A DNA stretch of 64,000 bases, taken from positions 620,001 through 684,000 of the forward strand of contig OZ374564.1 in the NCBI GenBank assembly GCA_977862235.1. Reading direction: 5' to 3'. The notes below the pieces were generated by a model. That model was not told the DNA's origin. It searched no databases and saw nothing but the letters and a program-made list of their open reading frames with translations. Positions 1 through 11,680 of the stretch are shown piece by piece (the first letter of the stretch is position 1; every line of letters starts with the position of its first letter). The position numbers and the translations under genes were made by a program. The stretch is from Dudresnaya verticillata (taxonomy: Eukaryota).

Positions 1-451
1 AACGTGTCGGCCGCACGACAACTGCATCTCCTGATATCACAAGTCAGGCTCCACGTAGCGCAAGTCCCTGCAGTACCAACTCGGACGCCATCAGCACATT
101 GCATGGCACGTTCATGTGTACTTGTGGAGTACAGTGCGCGTCATACCAATACCATTCCATGCCATACCACGTGCATCCATGTGGTCCAATCAGATCGTTC
201 CACTTGGCCGTTCCTGTTATAACCGCCAATTCCAGCACAACACTTGTAAGCCATATAGACCATGGAGGCGGTTTGTAACAACCAATCAGAAGCCCGTTTC
301 ACGTTGCTTTTGCAAAAGGCCTAAATGCGCCGTGATTTTGGAAGCCCGGAAAAAGGGCTGTCGTCTCCGGAAGGTTTGGTGAAAGCGTGCCAGGGTACCA
401 TCTGGGGTACCTGACCCGTGACGTGAGGCGCCAGCGACCATGTCCTCAACA
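1..451 (-). repeat. Copia LTR, partial (runs off window start), inverted relative to the 2553-9868 element
   Basis: Reverse complement of ~2553-3004; begins TGTTGAGGACA at 451; not preceded by the GAGGAGGAG polypurine tract, so a 5' or solo LTR. Confidence 0.93.
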
Positions 452-896
452 AGATTCAACGTCGCAGCATCTGATTGCTCGTCACCGTGCTCTATTTCCG
501 AGCCATCAGCATCTGGCGTTCGTTCCACGTCACCCTTTGTGTTAGTACTCGCGGCCAACGCCGGGGTAGCATCAGGGTCGGGTTCTGGTGTGCCACTACT
601 AAAACCCGAACTACTTTCAGGTGTACGTCTGAGATTGTGTGCAGGGCATGGCTGGGGCGTGATACAGTTCTCTTCGTCGCTTGCTCCTTTTCCTCGAGAA
701 GGAATAGATCCGACAGCCCTAGCAGAGTTTTGTTTCAGATCTGCATCGCCTCTGTCGAAATGTGTGATTTATTTAGAGACGCCTCAGTGTCCTAAGTTGT
801 AGCTACGCTACACTATGTGGCAAGGGAGTACGTCTTCAACCTTCATGCAAACTCTAAAACATATTCGGTACTACATGCTTCCAATGCGATGATTTG

Positions 897-2343
897 CTAA
901 CTTGGTTTGCGCTTCTTGGTCGTTCTGTGCACGGGACTCAAATCCTCGCGTTTGCGCTTCTGACCAACACAGTTTTGGTCATCTAAGACATCCAGAAATG
1001 CCTTCAGACTATCTAGGAGTCGGGCTTGCACGCCCGCATTCCAACGCTTCACACTCAATCCAGACTCAATTCGGGCTTTGTGCAACCTGTAGACCTCGGG
1101 ACCAAGTCGAGTCTTGAGGACATCCGGTTTTCCGGGAAATGACCCACAATACCATCGAATCCCGGCATCTCGCAGCTTACGATCCCTAATGTGTAGAATC
1201 GGAACGAATCCAGAGTCGGGAACTGGAATGCGCCGCCGACGTTGGCGACACAGGCCCTCCCACGAATCACGGAGATCCTGGTTCCTCATGTCCAGAGGAC
1301 TCTTATTCTGCGCCCGGAAACTTCGGAATTCTAACATATCTGTCATGGCGAGCACGTCGCCACGGTTGCGGTGAGCTCGTTTTGTGAGGCGTTTACCAAG
1401 ACTGCGAAGGCGCAGACGGATACGCTGCAACCAGTCCGGCAGCTTGGCCATCTTCAAATGACGTGGTAGGCGCCCGCGGATGCGGCCACTGCGAGGCCAC
1501 ATAGGCTCTTTGGCAATGCACCCAAGTGCAAATTCTGCCACTTTGTAGTCCAGCAACTCGAGTTGATGACTCAAATCGCACTTGCCGGCCGTGTCGATCG
1601 GCATCAAATGGGTGCTAAAGTCCGCAACTGGGTAGATATACGTGCGGCAGATGTCCACAAGTCGTGCGCTAGGCACATATTTGCGGTGTACGCCGACCGC
1701 CTTGAGTAAGTTTAGGCGTTGATGAGCCGCCTTAACTCGTTCCAAATTCTTGTCAGGTGCCAGTTTGGTACCTTTCAGAGTCACTCCCAGGTACTTTGCA
1801 GTGTCTACCACGTCAATTTTCTGACCATTCAGGTAGTACATTGCTCGTTTGGTGCAGTTTTCGGGCTCCAAAACATGGCATTTTGAAGTTCCCCACTGCA
1901 TACCTTCAAGATCAGCCCATTTCGTGGACGCATCTAAGGCCGTTTGGAGGCCGGTACTAGTCTTGGATCGGAGCTTGACGTCGTCAGCAAAGATCGTAAT
2001 GTCGATTTCTTCAGCACTTTCGGAGGCCGACATTGACAAATCCATGAACTCAGGATACGAGTCCATGTTGACATTGTACAAAGTCGGACTCGAAGACACG
2101 CCTTGAGGCACACCCCGCGACACAATTGCAGTGGTGCCGGTGATATCGCCCTTGGTAACTACTGTTGCTGGTTGTAACTCCAGAGCGACCATTGCCGCCG
2201 TGGTAGGTGACATCTTCTGATTCACTTTCGACATCAACCGCTCGCGGGGTACTGTATCGTATGCCGACTTCAAGTCGAGCACGGCCGTGTACCGGAATCC
2301 AGCTTTTGTGCTGGTTGCATGCCTTAAGATGGCGGTTTCGGTA
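897..2343 (-). mobile_element. 5'-truncated non-LTR (LINE-type) retrotransposon, reverse transcriptase and C-terminal region
   Basis: ORF 897-2399 has STETAI, VLDLKSAYDTV, GVPQGxxSSPTLYN, FADD and KYLGV motifs. The first ~18 codons are antisense Copia sequence, so the true junction is ~2343. AATAAA lies on the minus strand near 770. Confidence 0.88.
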
Positions 2344-2552
2344 CTACTGGAGAACGCAGTCCATCTGGTCGTGCCAAGCATATCGACGTTCGTGTACACT
2401 TCATTCGCGAACTTGTCGCCGACTCTGTTCTGGAAGTGGTGTATGTGCCGTCAGAAGACAACGACGCGGACTTGCTGACAAAGCCACTCGGCCCCACTTT
2501 GCTCAATAGGATTCTACCAAGGGTTGGACTTGGAGGAGCCATCGAGGAGGAG
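2344..2552 (+). mobile_element. Remnant of the 3' end of Copia pol (RNase H) plus PPT from an upstream tandem copy
   Basis: Near-identical to ~8676-8884 (KHIDVRVHFIRE...GGAIEEE). Confidence 0.92.
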
Positions 2553-3626
2553 TGTTGATGACATGGTCGCTGGCGCCTCACGTCACGGGTCAGGTACCCC
2601 AGATGGTACCCTGGCACGCTGTCACCAAACCTTCCGGAGACGACAGCCCTTTTTCCGGGCTTCCAAAATCACGGCGCATTTAGGCCTTTTGCAAAAGCAA
2701 CGTGAAACGGGCTTCTGATTGGTTGTTACAAACCGCCTCCATGGTCTATATGGCTTACAAGTGTTGTGCTGGAATTGGCGGTTATAACAGGAACGGCCAA
2801 GTGGAACGATCTGATTGGACCACATGGATGCACGTGGTATGGCATGGAATGGTATTGGTATGACGCGCACTGTACTCCACAAGTACACATGAACGTGCCA
2901 TGCAATGTGCTGATGGCGTCCGAGTTGGTACTGCAGGGACTTGCGCTACGTGGAGCCTGACTTGTGATATCAGGAGATGCAGTTGTCGTGCGGCCGACAC
3001 GTTGGTTTACAGTTTGCACGTAGCTGTCGTGCGGCCGACACGTTGGTTTACAGTTTGCACGTAGCTGTCGTGCGGCCGACACGTTGGTTTACAGTTGCCA
3101 CGTAGGTGTCGTGCGGCCGACACGTTGGTTTACAGCTGCCACGTAGGCAAATCTGGGTGATTACGTGGTCAATGATCCAAGTTGGATATTCATGGACGGA
3201 CTTGAGCTGGTAAGTGCGGCCACGTGGTGTGCAGTGTTGTCCGACAGCAGCCATGCGGGGACACTCGATACTTTCGAGTTCCCGCCCAAAGTTGGAGTAC
3301 ATATGGATGGCAGGAAATGCGGTCGCAAGAGGGATTGCTGATGTCAGCAGTTAGCAACACTGGTGTGCAAGTTCCCGCCCATTTTGGTGGCGGATGTGAG
3401 TGTGCTGAGAGTATGATTTGGTAGATTTAATTGCTTTACTTTTTCCCGCCCATTTGATAATAGGGATTTTGGGCGTTTCTTTAATGATTTGTTTTGTTTG
3501 TGTTCACGCAGCGAATCATCCGAAAAGCTGATATAAGCCTTGTCGGATGGTCGGCTGCAGTAAACGAAGTCAAGCGACTTCCATTTCTCATCTTGTTCAC
3601 CTTCAACCTCTCCATATTCCTCTTCA
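2553..3626 (+). repeat. Copia upstream LTR (1074 bp)
   Basis: TGTTGA...TCTTCA; direct repeat of 8885-9868 and 49001-50032. Confidence 0.96.
2984..3147 (+). repeat. 41-bp tandem repeat (4 copies) inside the Copia LTR
   Basis: Unit TGTCGTGCGGCCGACACGTTGGTTTACAGTTTGCACGTAGC starting at 2984, 3025, 3066, 3107. Confidence 0.93.
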
Positions 3627-3640
3627 GGTTATGGGCCCAG
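3627..3640 (+). promoter_or_regulatory. Copia primer-binding site
   Basis: GGTTATGGGCCCAG immediately after the LTR; copia-type PBS for a half tRNA-iMet primer. Confidence 0.88.
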
Positions 3641-4564
3641 AAGGTCGACCTACGCAGACTTCATCGCTTCGCTGCAACCTTCTTCCTTTTTCTTTTCATT
3701 CTTGATACTGTCCTGTCCCGTCCTGGCCTGTCCTGTCTGCTTGTGTCCTGTCTTGTCGGCTTGTGTCCTGTCCTGTCTGCTTGTTGTCTGTTGAAAGTGG
3801 TCCCTATCCCACTGTGTCGGCTTGTGTCTCTGATTTTGTGTGAGAGAGTTCTCGAGGCTCTCGTCCGCTGTTGTCTTGGTCCGTGAGCTTGCTGAGAGGT
3901 TGAGTGTTGTGCGTGGTGACTCTCGTTAAGTCAGGACCTCGTTGGCCTAGGGGAGCAGCCTCCAGTAAGATCCAGAACCTTGACACGGTTGGGCCTAGTT
4001 CCATTCCTGCAAGAGACTGGACCTGTTCGTGTGGTGAACACTCGTTTTGAGTTAGTACCCATAAGGTGGACGTCTCGTAAGGATTGCATACTTCGTGTCT
4101 GTGTGCGCACGACACGAAAGGGCTGCTGAAAGACGCATTTCACCCGGAGAATCATATCCGGGGGCCAGGAGTCCGACTCCTAGGGGTGACTAGGTAGAAC
4201 CTGGTGCCAGAACATCCCGCGTCAAAAAGACGTTCAACTATCAAGAATCAACTTTTCAACTTCAAGTTTCAACTTTTCTTCTTCAGTCCAGGTGATCCCA
4301 TCATCACCTGAGAGTTTCATTACTCCAAGCGTGGGAGCTACTTGGCAAAGTGTGCTCCGCTTGTGACTGTATTATATTACCGGCGTGTTCGACACATTTC
4401 TCAGTTTCGTCGTCACGTCTTCGTTGTGTGAGCTGCACTGCTCTGCTTAACACGACTATTACCCTCTGGGCATCGGCACTGTTGCACTAACAGCACTGCC
4501 CCAAGTTCACCAGGTTTTCTAAAACTATTCAAGTTATCTCTTCTCACCATCAGTCCCAACAGCT

Positions 4565-6145
4565 ATGACTGATACCGAAGCCGAGATGGATACTTCGAGC
4601 GGGGTCAAGATACCCCGTTTCCACGGCAGGAGAGGTGACGACTACAGTCTCTGGCGTCATCGCCTTCGTGCCGCATGCCGCATCAAAGGGGTTTGGAATG
4701 TTGTCCACACCTCAAACGACACACCGAGCAGCTCACAGTCAACTGGAGAGGCCTCAGCGGATACTTCCATTCTTCACGCCAGAACCTTGGCCAAACGTGA
4801 GAAGGCTTGCGGGATCATTATCTCCGCACTTGGTGATGCTCCGCTTCGTGTCGTTATGGAGGTTGATGATGACCCCAAACGCATGCTGGAGCTATTGGAC
4901 TCGCGCTATGCGTCCAGTCGAACCGTATCCCGTATCGCCGTACAGACCAAGCTATTCCGTATGACGTACACCGGTCAGAATATGTCCAGCTATGTCGACC
5001 AGTACACGTCACTGTTCGCCCAACTCGACCGCATGGGCAACGACTCGGCGATACCGGAGACACATAAGGCACCTATGCTGCTTGCTTCCATTGATCCGTC
5101 CTGCCACCTGGAGTCAACAGCTGCAGCTCTTCGCACCAAAGATGCTGCTGAGCTGACTTGGGACTACGTCGCAACCACGCTGATCGATGAGTACAACGCC
5201 AAAGATTCTCATGGATCAAACGCAGGTGGGAGATCCAGTAAGTCGAAGAGTCGTCGGAAGAAGAAAAAGAAGTCCGCGTCGTCAGGTTCTCGCCAGCAAC
5301 ACAACACGCTGGATGACAACGACGACTCCGATGACTCTTCTGATATTGAATCTACCGTCCGTTCTTTGGCGGTTGCACTCAAGTCCGCCAAGCAGGCTCA
5401 CTCCACCCCGAACCGGCACCTTCACTGTGATGTTTGCGACAAGGATGGACACACCGCGGATCGATGCTATCTAAATCCGGAAAATCCTAACAACAAGCTT
5501 CCTCCAAAGGTGCGACAGATGTTCACCAACCAGGGCAAAAAGGGCAACGCCAACTCGGCGGTAGCTGCATCTGGTAAGAATAATGGTAAATCTGCAAAGG
5601 TAGAAATCGCCGGTGCATCGGTTGAGATGACTACTGTTGTTCCTCCGAACGACCAAGGAACGTATGCCGACAGTGGAGCAACTGTGCATTGCTTCCACTC
5701 AATGACTTCTTTTGTACCGAGCTCAGTATCGCGCTGCGAAAAGCGTACTGTAGTGCTTGCGGACAAGTCGTCTGTCACCTCAGACCTATGTGGAGATGTG
5801 ATTCTGCCGTTTGAGCATGCCAATATTCGGCTCAAGAAGGCCCTCTTCATCCCGCAGATGGGATACAATCTTGTCTCTACTGGGCGTTTGGCAGATAAAG
5901 GAATTGAATCCCACTTTCGCCGCTTGGACGTGCGCTTGGTACTCGACTCTGATGGGTACTATATTGGATCCGGTGTTCGCGATGCGAGTTCTGGAATGTA
6001 CATGCTACCAGAACCCGAGCTGCACACTTCGGAGGAGCAAGTACTGGCTGTCCCCAGCACGCAGCAAACTACTGAGCTCTGGCATCGACGTCTTGCCCAC
6101 ATTAATTTTCGGGACTTGGCTGGCCAAAGTGCACGAGCATGTTGA
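4565..6145 (+). CDS. gag: Copia Gag (UBN2-like, CCHC knuckle) + protease + GAG-pre-integrase; ends at a frameshift
   Basis: CDVCDKDGHTADRC knuckle, YADSGATVH protease site, LWHRRLAH; a 4-bp TGGC duplication at ~6117-6124 shifts the frame. Confidence 0.92.
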   Translation: MTDTEAEMDTSSGVKIPRFHGRRGDDYSLWRHRLRAACRIKGVWNVVHTSNDTPSSSQSTGEASADTSILHARTLAKREKACGIIISALGDAPLRVVMEVDDDPKRMLELLDSRYASSRTVSRIAVQTKLFRMTYTGQNMSSYVDQYTSLFAQLDRMGNDSAIPETHKAPMLLASIDPSCHLESTAAALRTKDAAELTWDYVATTLIDEYNAKDSHGSNAGGRSSKSKSRRKKKKKSASSGSRQQHNTLDDNDDSDDSSDIESTVRSLAVALKSAKQAHSTPNRHLHCDVCDKDGHTADRCYLNPENPNNKLPPKVRQMFTNQGKKGNANSAVAASGKNNGKSAKVEIAGASVEMTTVVPPNDQGTYADSGATVHCFHSMTSFVPSSVSRCEKRTVVLADKSSVTSDLCGDVILPFEHANIRLKKALFIPQMGYNLVSTGRLADKGIESHFRRLDVRLVLDSDGYYIGSGVRDASSGMYMLPEPELHTSEEQVLAVPSTQQTTELWHRRLAHINFRDLAGQSARAC

Positions 6146-8075
6146 GGGTGTTCCGGAGTTGGGCTCCACTCATGAAGTGTGTCGGGCTTGTAGACTTGGG
6201 AAAGCACACAAACAATCATTCCCAGGGCACTTCCGCCTGGCCAAAGCTGTCGGTGATCTCGTGCATTCCGACATTGTGGGTCCAATCCAGATCTCCTTTC
6301 CCGATCGTTTCCGGTATGCCACGACGTTTCTGGATGACAAATCCCGTTTCTTGGTCGTCGCATGTATGAGAAGTCGCCGTATGTTGAGTGCAGCATTTGA
6401 TCAAGCTTCAGCAAAGTTTATCGAGCTTGGAGGAGCAGAAATAACAAAACTCCACTCAGACGGGGCTCAGGAGTATTTGGCTTTGCAGAAAGATTTGGGA
6501 GGAGTTGGAGACAGTGGCAAATCCTTCTCCCCACCTTATACTCCGGAGCTCAATGGAATCGCGGAAAGGGTGAACCGAACCATGGTGGAAGCTGCCCTGA
6601 CTTTGCTGATCCAGGCTGATCTACCGGGATGTTTGTGGCCGTTTGCACTGAAGCATGTCAACTACGTGCGCAATCGGGTACCACACTCAACCGTTGGGGC
6701 TACGCCATACTCGGTCATGACAGGTGATGTTCCTGATTTAAAACATTTAAGAGTGTTTGGATGTGCTGCATATGTCCTAAGGCTCCCACGCGGATCCAAG
6801 TTCGAGTCTCGTGCACTTGAGGGGGTGCACTTGGAGACTCTAGAGCATGGGATCTACAGGATATTGGTCACTGGCGGTGACGGTATACCTCGTGTGGTTG
6901 AGTCGCGGCATGTCACATTCGACGAGTCCAAATTCCCGGGTGCTCCAATCCTGTTGGAATATGGGCAGGACGAGGCAGATTCGGATGAAGATTACGAGTC
7001 TAACCCAGACGCCTCTATTTTCAACTCGGACTCTGATGACGATGTGTCGCTGGGTAACTTTGAGGATGAAGAGGATGCAATTGAAGTTGACACACCTTCT
7101 TCACCTCCACTACCTCCATCAGAACCCAGCTCATTCGAATCTGATGACACGGCTGAGGAAGAAAACGTCTCTGACAATCCTCCGGCTGGTGTGAGTTCAG
7201 ACCCAGAACGCCAGCAACAGAGTCGATATCCTCGTCGCCAACGTCGCCAGACGTCGAAATGGTTTATGGCAAGCTCTGCACAAGCTGAACAACAGGTTGC
7301 CCTCACAACTGGAGATGAGCCCACTCTTCGAGAGGCCATGTCTGCCACTCCGGAGGAGCGCGGGTTGTGGCAATCTGCCATTGATGATGAGTTCGCATCC
7401 TTGGAATCCAAAGGCACTTGGGTCCGTGATGACAGTCCCGATGCACAGCCGCTTCCAACGCACGCCGTGCTGAAAGTTAAACGCAAGTCCGACGGGACGG
7501 TCGAGCGCTTCAAAGCGCGGGTCGTCGCTGGTGGAAACTTCCAGACGTATGGTGAAGACTACATGGAAACATACGCCCCAGTTGTGTCGTTCTCGCTGGT
7601 GCGCATGTTCCTATACTTGGTACTGTGTTCGAACCTGTTTGTTGCACAGCTAGACGTGAAGACGGCTTTCCTGAATGGTGATCTGGCAGAACACGTGTGG
7701 GTAATGTCACCGCGTGGGATTCCTGGAAGGGAATCTCTCTGTTACAAACTTCTGAAAGCTATGTATGGGCTAAAACAGGCTCACCTAGCTTGGCACACCA
7801 AGCTGTGTGGTGACCTTGCTAGGATGATGTTTGAGGAATTGCCAAGTGCACCTTGCGTGTTTCGTCGCAAATCCAAGTCTTCTGGATACGCATACATCTT
7901 GGTGTACGTTGATGACTTGCTCATCCTCGCACCCACAAAGGCGGAGAGAGACGCCATTGTTAAGGAACTGCAGGGCCTCTACGATCTACGGCTGTCTGAA
8001 GGGGTTGACCTCTTCCTCGGAGTCGAGCTTGGATGGGAGCTAGACTCTGATGGCAGATTTGTGTCTCTCAAATGA
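6121..8075 (+). CDS. pol: Copia Pol segment: integrase + reverse transcriptase (between two frameshifts)
   Basis: CRAC, VHSDIVGP, LHSDGA, ELNGIAER (DDE); FKARVVAGG, QLDVKTAFLNG, YGLKQA, VYVDD. Confidence 0.94.
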
Positions 8076-8890
8076 CTCAACAGGTCTACACGGAAAGTGT
8101 TCTTCGTCGATTTGGACTTCAGAACTCTAAGCCGGCTTGTACGCCGATGGTTGAGTCTTTCTTCACTGGACTTGCCGCCGAAGAGGACAAGGCCGTCGTG
8201 TCGGTTGAGACGTACCAGCAGATGATCGGGTCACTTCTGTACTTGGGGCTTCGCACAAGGCTGGACATTTTGGCCTCTGTGCTTATCCTCGCACGGTTCC
8301 AGAAGGCTCCAACTGCGTACTGTCACCGTGGTGTAAAGAGGGTTCTGCGATATCTTCGAGGCACTCACAAGCATGGAGTTACGTACCAGTCCGGAAGCAC
8401 TCGTATCCAAGCTTATGTGGACGCTGACTATGCCGGTGACACCACAGACCGAAAATCTATGTCTGGTTACATGGTGAACCTGGGAGATGCAGTGTGTATT
8501 TGGGGATCCAAGAAGCAGTCAACTGTTGCTCTCTCAACTTGCGAGTCGGAGTACTATGCAATGACTCTGGCTGCGAAAGAGACGGTTTGGGTCACGCGAG
8601 TGCTGAAGGAGGCCGACTTGAACGTCGAAGGCCCGGTTCCATTGAGATCAGACAACCAGTCTGCCATCAATTGGGCTACTGGAGAACGCTGTCCGTCTGG
8701 TCGTGCCAAGCACATCGACGTTCGTGTACACTTCATTCGCGAACTTGTCGCCGACTCTGTTCTGGAAGTGGTGTATGTGCCGTCAGAAGACAACGACGCG
8801 GACTTGCTGATAAAGCCACTCGGGCCCACTTTGCTCAATAGGATTCTACCAAGGGTTGGACTTGGAGGAGCCATCGAGGAGGAGTGTTGA
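8072..8890 (+). CDS. pol: Copia Pol C-terminal segment: RT end + RNase H
   Basis: YVDADYAG, VALSTCESEY, SDNQSAI, KHIDVRVHFIRE; the stop (TGT TGA) lies in the first bases of the 3' LTR; 1-nt loss at ~8070. Confidence 0.94.
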   Translation: MTQQVYTESVLRRFGLQNSKPACTPMVESFFTGLAAEEDKAVVSVETYQQMIGSLLYLGLRTRLDILASVLILARFQKAPTAYCHRGVKRVLRYLRGTHKHGVTYQSGSTRIQAYVDADYAGDTTDRKSMSGYMVNLGDAVCIWGSKKQSTVALSTCESEYYAMTLAAKETVWVTRVLKEADLNVEGPVPLRSDNQSAINWATGERCPSGRAKHIDVRVHFIRELVADSVLEVVYVPSEDNDADLLIKPLGPTLLNRILPRVGLGGAIEEEC

Positions 8891-9868
8891 GGACATGGTC
8901 GCTGGCGCCTCACGTCACGGGTCAGGTACCCCAGATGGTACCCTGGCACGCTTTCACCAAACCTTCCGGAGACGACAGCCCTTTTTCCGGGCTTCCAAAA
9001 TCACGGCGCATTTAGGCCTTTTGCAAAAGCAACGTGAAACGGGCTTCTGATTGGTTGTTACAAACCGCCTCCATGGTCTATATGGCTTACAAGTGTTGTG
9101 CTGGAATTGGCGGTTATAACAGGAACGGCCAAGTGGAACGATCTGATTGGACCACATGGATGCACGTGGTATGGCATGGAATGGTGTTGGTATGACTCGC
9201 ACTGTACTCCACAAGTACACATGAACGTGCCATGCAATGTGCTGATGGCGTCTGAGTTGGTACTGCAGGGACTTGCGCTACGTGGAGCCTGGCTTGTGAG
9301 ATCAGCAGATGCAGTTGTCGTCACGTTCGTTTACAGTTGGCACGTAGCTGTCGTGCGGCCGACACGTTGGTTTACAGCTGCCACGTAGGCAAATCTGGGT
9401 GATTACGTGGTCAATGATCCAAGTTGGATATTCATGGACGGACTTCAGCTCGTAAGTGCGGCCACGTGGTATGCAGTGTTGTCCGACAGCAGCCATGCGG
9501 GGACACTCGATACTTTCACGTTCCCGCCCAAAGTTGGAGTACATATGGATGGCAGGAAATGCGGTCGCAAGAGGGATTGCTGATGTCAGCAGTTAGCAAC
9601 ACTGGTGTGCAAGTTCCCGCCCATTTCGGTGGCGGATGTGAGTGTGCTGAGAGTATGATTTGGTAGATTTAATTGCTTTACTTTTTCCCGCCCATTTGAT
9701 GATAGGGATTTTGGGCGTTTCTTTAATGATTTGTTTTGTTTGTGTTCACGCAGCGAATCATCCGAAAAGCTGATATAAGCCTTGTCGGATGGTCGACTGC
9801 AGTAAACGAAGTCAAGCGACTTCCATTTCTCATCTTGTTCAACTCCAACCTCTCCATATTCCTTTTCA
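8885..9868 (+). repeat. Copia 3' LTR (984 bp)
   Basis: TGTTGA...TTTTCA after the PPT; fewer 41-bp units than the upstream LTR. Confidence 0.96.
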
Positions 9869-10316
9869 GAGCCTAAAGGAGGCAGTTGATCGTATGGGAG
9901 AGGAGAGGTTTGTGGGTATAGTCAGTCGGGCAAGGAAGCGTCAGATGCGTATCGTCGGGTTGGAAGATCTGGGAATACGTCTCTATGACACGTCTATTTT
10001 CAAAGTGTTTCATGAAAGGGTGTACGGCGTGAGTGGAATTGAAAGTGCAGACTTCTCCGTCTCTCAGCAGTACTTCGACGGAATCTATAAGTTCAATTAC
10101 AGAGGAAAGAAGTTTTATGAGCGGCGGAGGATAGAAAGGCTGACTCTGCTGGACCTGTGGAAGGGCCCTCACTGCGGATGTATGGATGGTGAGGAAGATA
10201 AGTCCGAGGAAACTCCGCGGCGCCTAGCCAACCTGATTAGACGTAGCACCGGGTGCTGCGTTCATATGCCGTTCTTGAAGAAAAGGCTACAAGATCTGAA
10301 AGAAGCATTGGAGTGA
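9869..10316 (+). pseudogene. Unknown Cys-motif protein family 1 ('HCGCMD...RLANxIRR...CC'), copy 1, 5' part cut off by the Copia LTR
   Basis: Translation aligns by eye with 48310-48984(-) and 39335-40030(+). Confidence 0.75.
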
Positions 10317-11296
10317 TGGCGTTCGCCAACAGTTTGTTAAAGTTCTATTTCCTGTGTCCTAATAGTGGGAGCGTACAACCTAACCATTTCTGACTACTAT
10401 CACATTCATTATTTCACTGTGCCTGTAATAGAACTACTGCGTTCATCATACGGAACAGTGTAGGACAATTTTGCTTGATGAGGACGAGTACGTCTACTAC
10501 TCGGACGACAGTCTCAGGATCCTATAACGGATTACAGCAGGGTGACGGGATCAGTTTCTGTACTGGCATCGTCGCTGTGGATCAATTTCCGTCGGCTTCG
10601 TAACAGTTCGATTATTATATTACATCATTAGTCAGGTGACATCATAATTTACGCGTGGTATTGAGCTGTGCAGATAAACCCGGAACGACCCATGATGATT
10701 CAGCAGACACTCCCTGCTATAACAATAATTCGCGAGGGCCTCAGCGCCATCCATGGCCATGGTGTTCAATACGAACCGTACAGGCATAACGTTAATACGG
10801 TCAAGCGTTTCGACCCCTATTTGTCCCTAAGAGACCCGCTCCGTTAAAACCGTACAGTGGCGTAACTGCGCATAGTATTCCATTTTCTAACCCGTGTTCG
10901 TCATCCAACAACATCCATATTACTATAATAACGTGTGCGTCAGATACAGAGCACTTCCCGCCAATACAACATCGCAACTGTTGCGGTCAGTTTTCTCTTC
11001 GTTCCAACTGTAACATTCTTGTTCAGGAAAACCGTGAACATGGATTTACGGGTCATATAAAACATAGTTGCTGCAGCAAGGATACTGTTGCATGTTACAC
11101 AAGGCGCTCCTCGTCTATGCAACCAAACATTTCACCAACCATGTATATTGCTAGCGTGGATCGCGAAGGGGCACCATTCGATGGAAAATGCCAGGACGAG
11201 TCAATTGAGGATCGCCTTGATGCCATGTTCAAAACACTTGACGGGAGTTTGTCCATGAAGATAGCTCGAAAGTAGAGGCAGTGGGCTCACGAAGCT

Positions 11297-11680
11297 TTGA
11301 GTGAATCAGGCATCGAACTAGTCGAGGACAGGGACAGTGAAGCTTTTCAACGTTTCTGCCAGAATCTGTCGCACGCTGAAGCGCGAAACCACAGACACGA
11401 GACAAGGATTCTTAGCGAATTGTATCGCCTACTACGCCGCAAAGTCCGAATGGTGAAGGAGGGAAGCTATGCAGGGGAAAATGCTCTGTTACTGGAATCT
11501 TATATATCTGAGACCGTCCACGGGGCTGGAGAAGAGGTTTTTCATTTGGACCGGTTCTGCCGTCTATTACTCAATACCAGATATGTAGAGATGAGTGAAA
11601 ACACCGCAAGGGAGATGCGGTTTCTGCAAGTCAGGTATCTCACAGTTCAGGTCAACAATTTGACTCGAATGTACGAATGA
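11297..11680 (+). CDS. Unknown protein family 2 ('YAGExALxLESxIxETVxGxGEEVFHLxRF'), copy 1
   Basis: Clear protein-level similarity to 24290-24790; true start uncertain. Confidence 0.65.
   Translation: MSESGIELVEDRDSEAFQRFCQNLSHAEARNHRHETRILSELYRLLRRKVRMVKEGSYAGENALLLESYISETVHGAGEEVFHLDRFCRLLLNTRYVEMSENTAREMRFLQVRYLTVQVNNLTRMYE

Larger units (their letters stand above)
2553..9868 (+). mobile_element. Ty1/Copia LTR retrotransposon, full-length but frameshifted
   Basis: TG...CA LTRs at 2553-3626 and 8885-9868, PBS, domain order gag-PR-IN-RT-RH, PPT GAGGAGGAG at 8876-8884. Confidence 0.97.

Noticed and set aside
452..760. Open low-complexity minus-strand frame between the LTR and the LINE 3' end
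   Set aside because: It may be an interrupted gene piece, but no motif or paralogue could be established
897..2399. Intact 500-aa standalone RT gene (retron or group II intron type)
   Set aside because: The N-terminus is antisense Copia sequence, the RT starts mid-domain, and the motifs are LINE-like
1..3004. Large inverted repeat (1-451 vs 2553-3004) as TIRs of a DIRS-like or foldback element around the RT
   Set aside because: Both arms are ordinary Copia LTR sequence found elsewhere in the window, and no tyrosine recombinase is present
2984..3147. Regularly spaced palindromic repeats resembling a CRISPR array
   Set aside because: The units are head-to-tail with no unique spacers, lie inside an LTR, and no cas genes are present
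6110..6130. Programmed frameshift in Copia gag-pol
   Set aside because: It is explained by a 4-bp TGGC duplication; the related fragment at ~61110 is in frame (FRDLTKIH)
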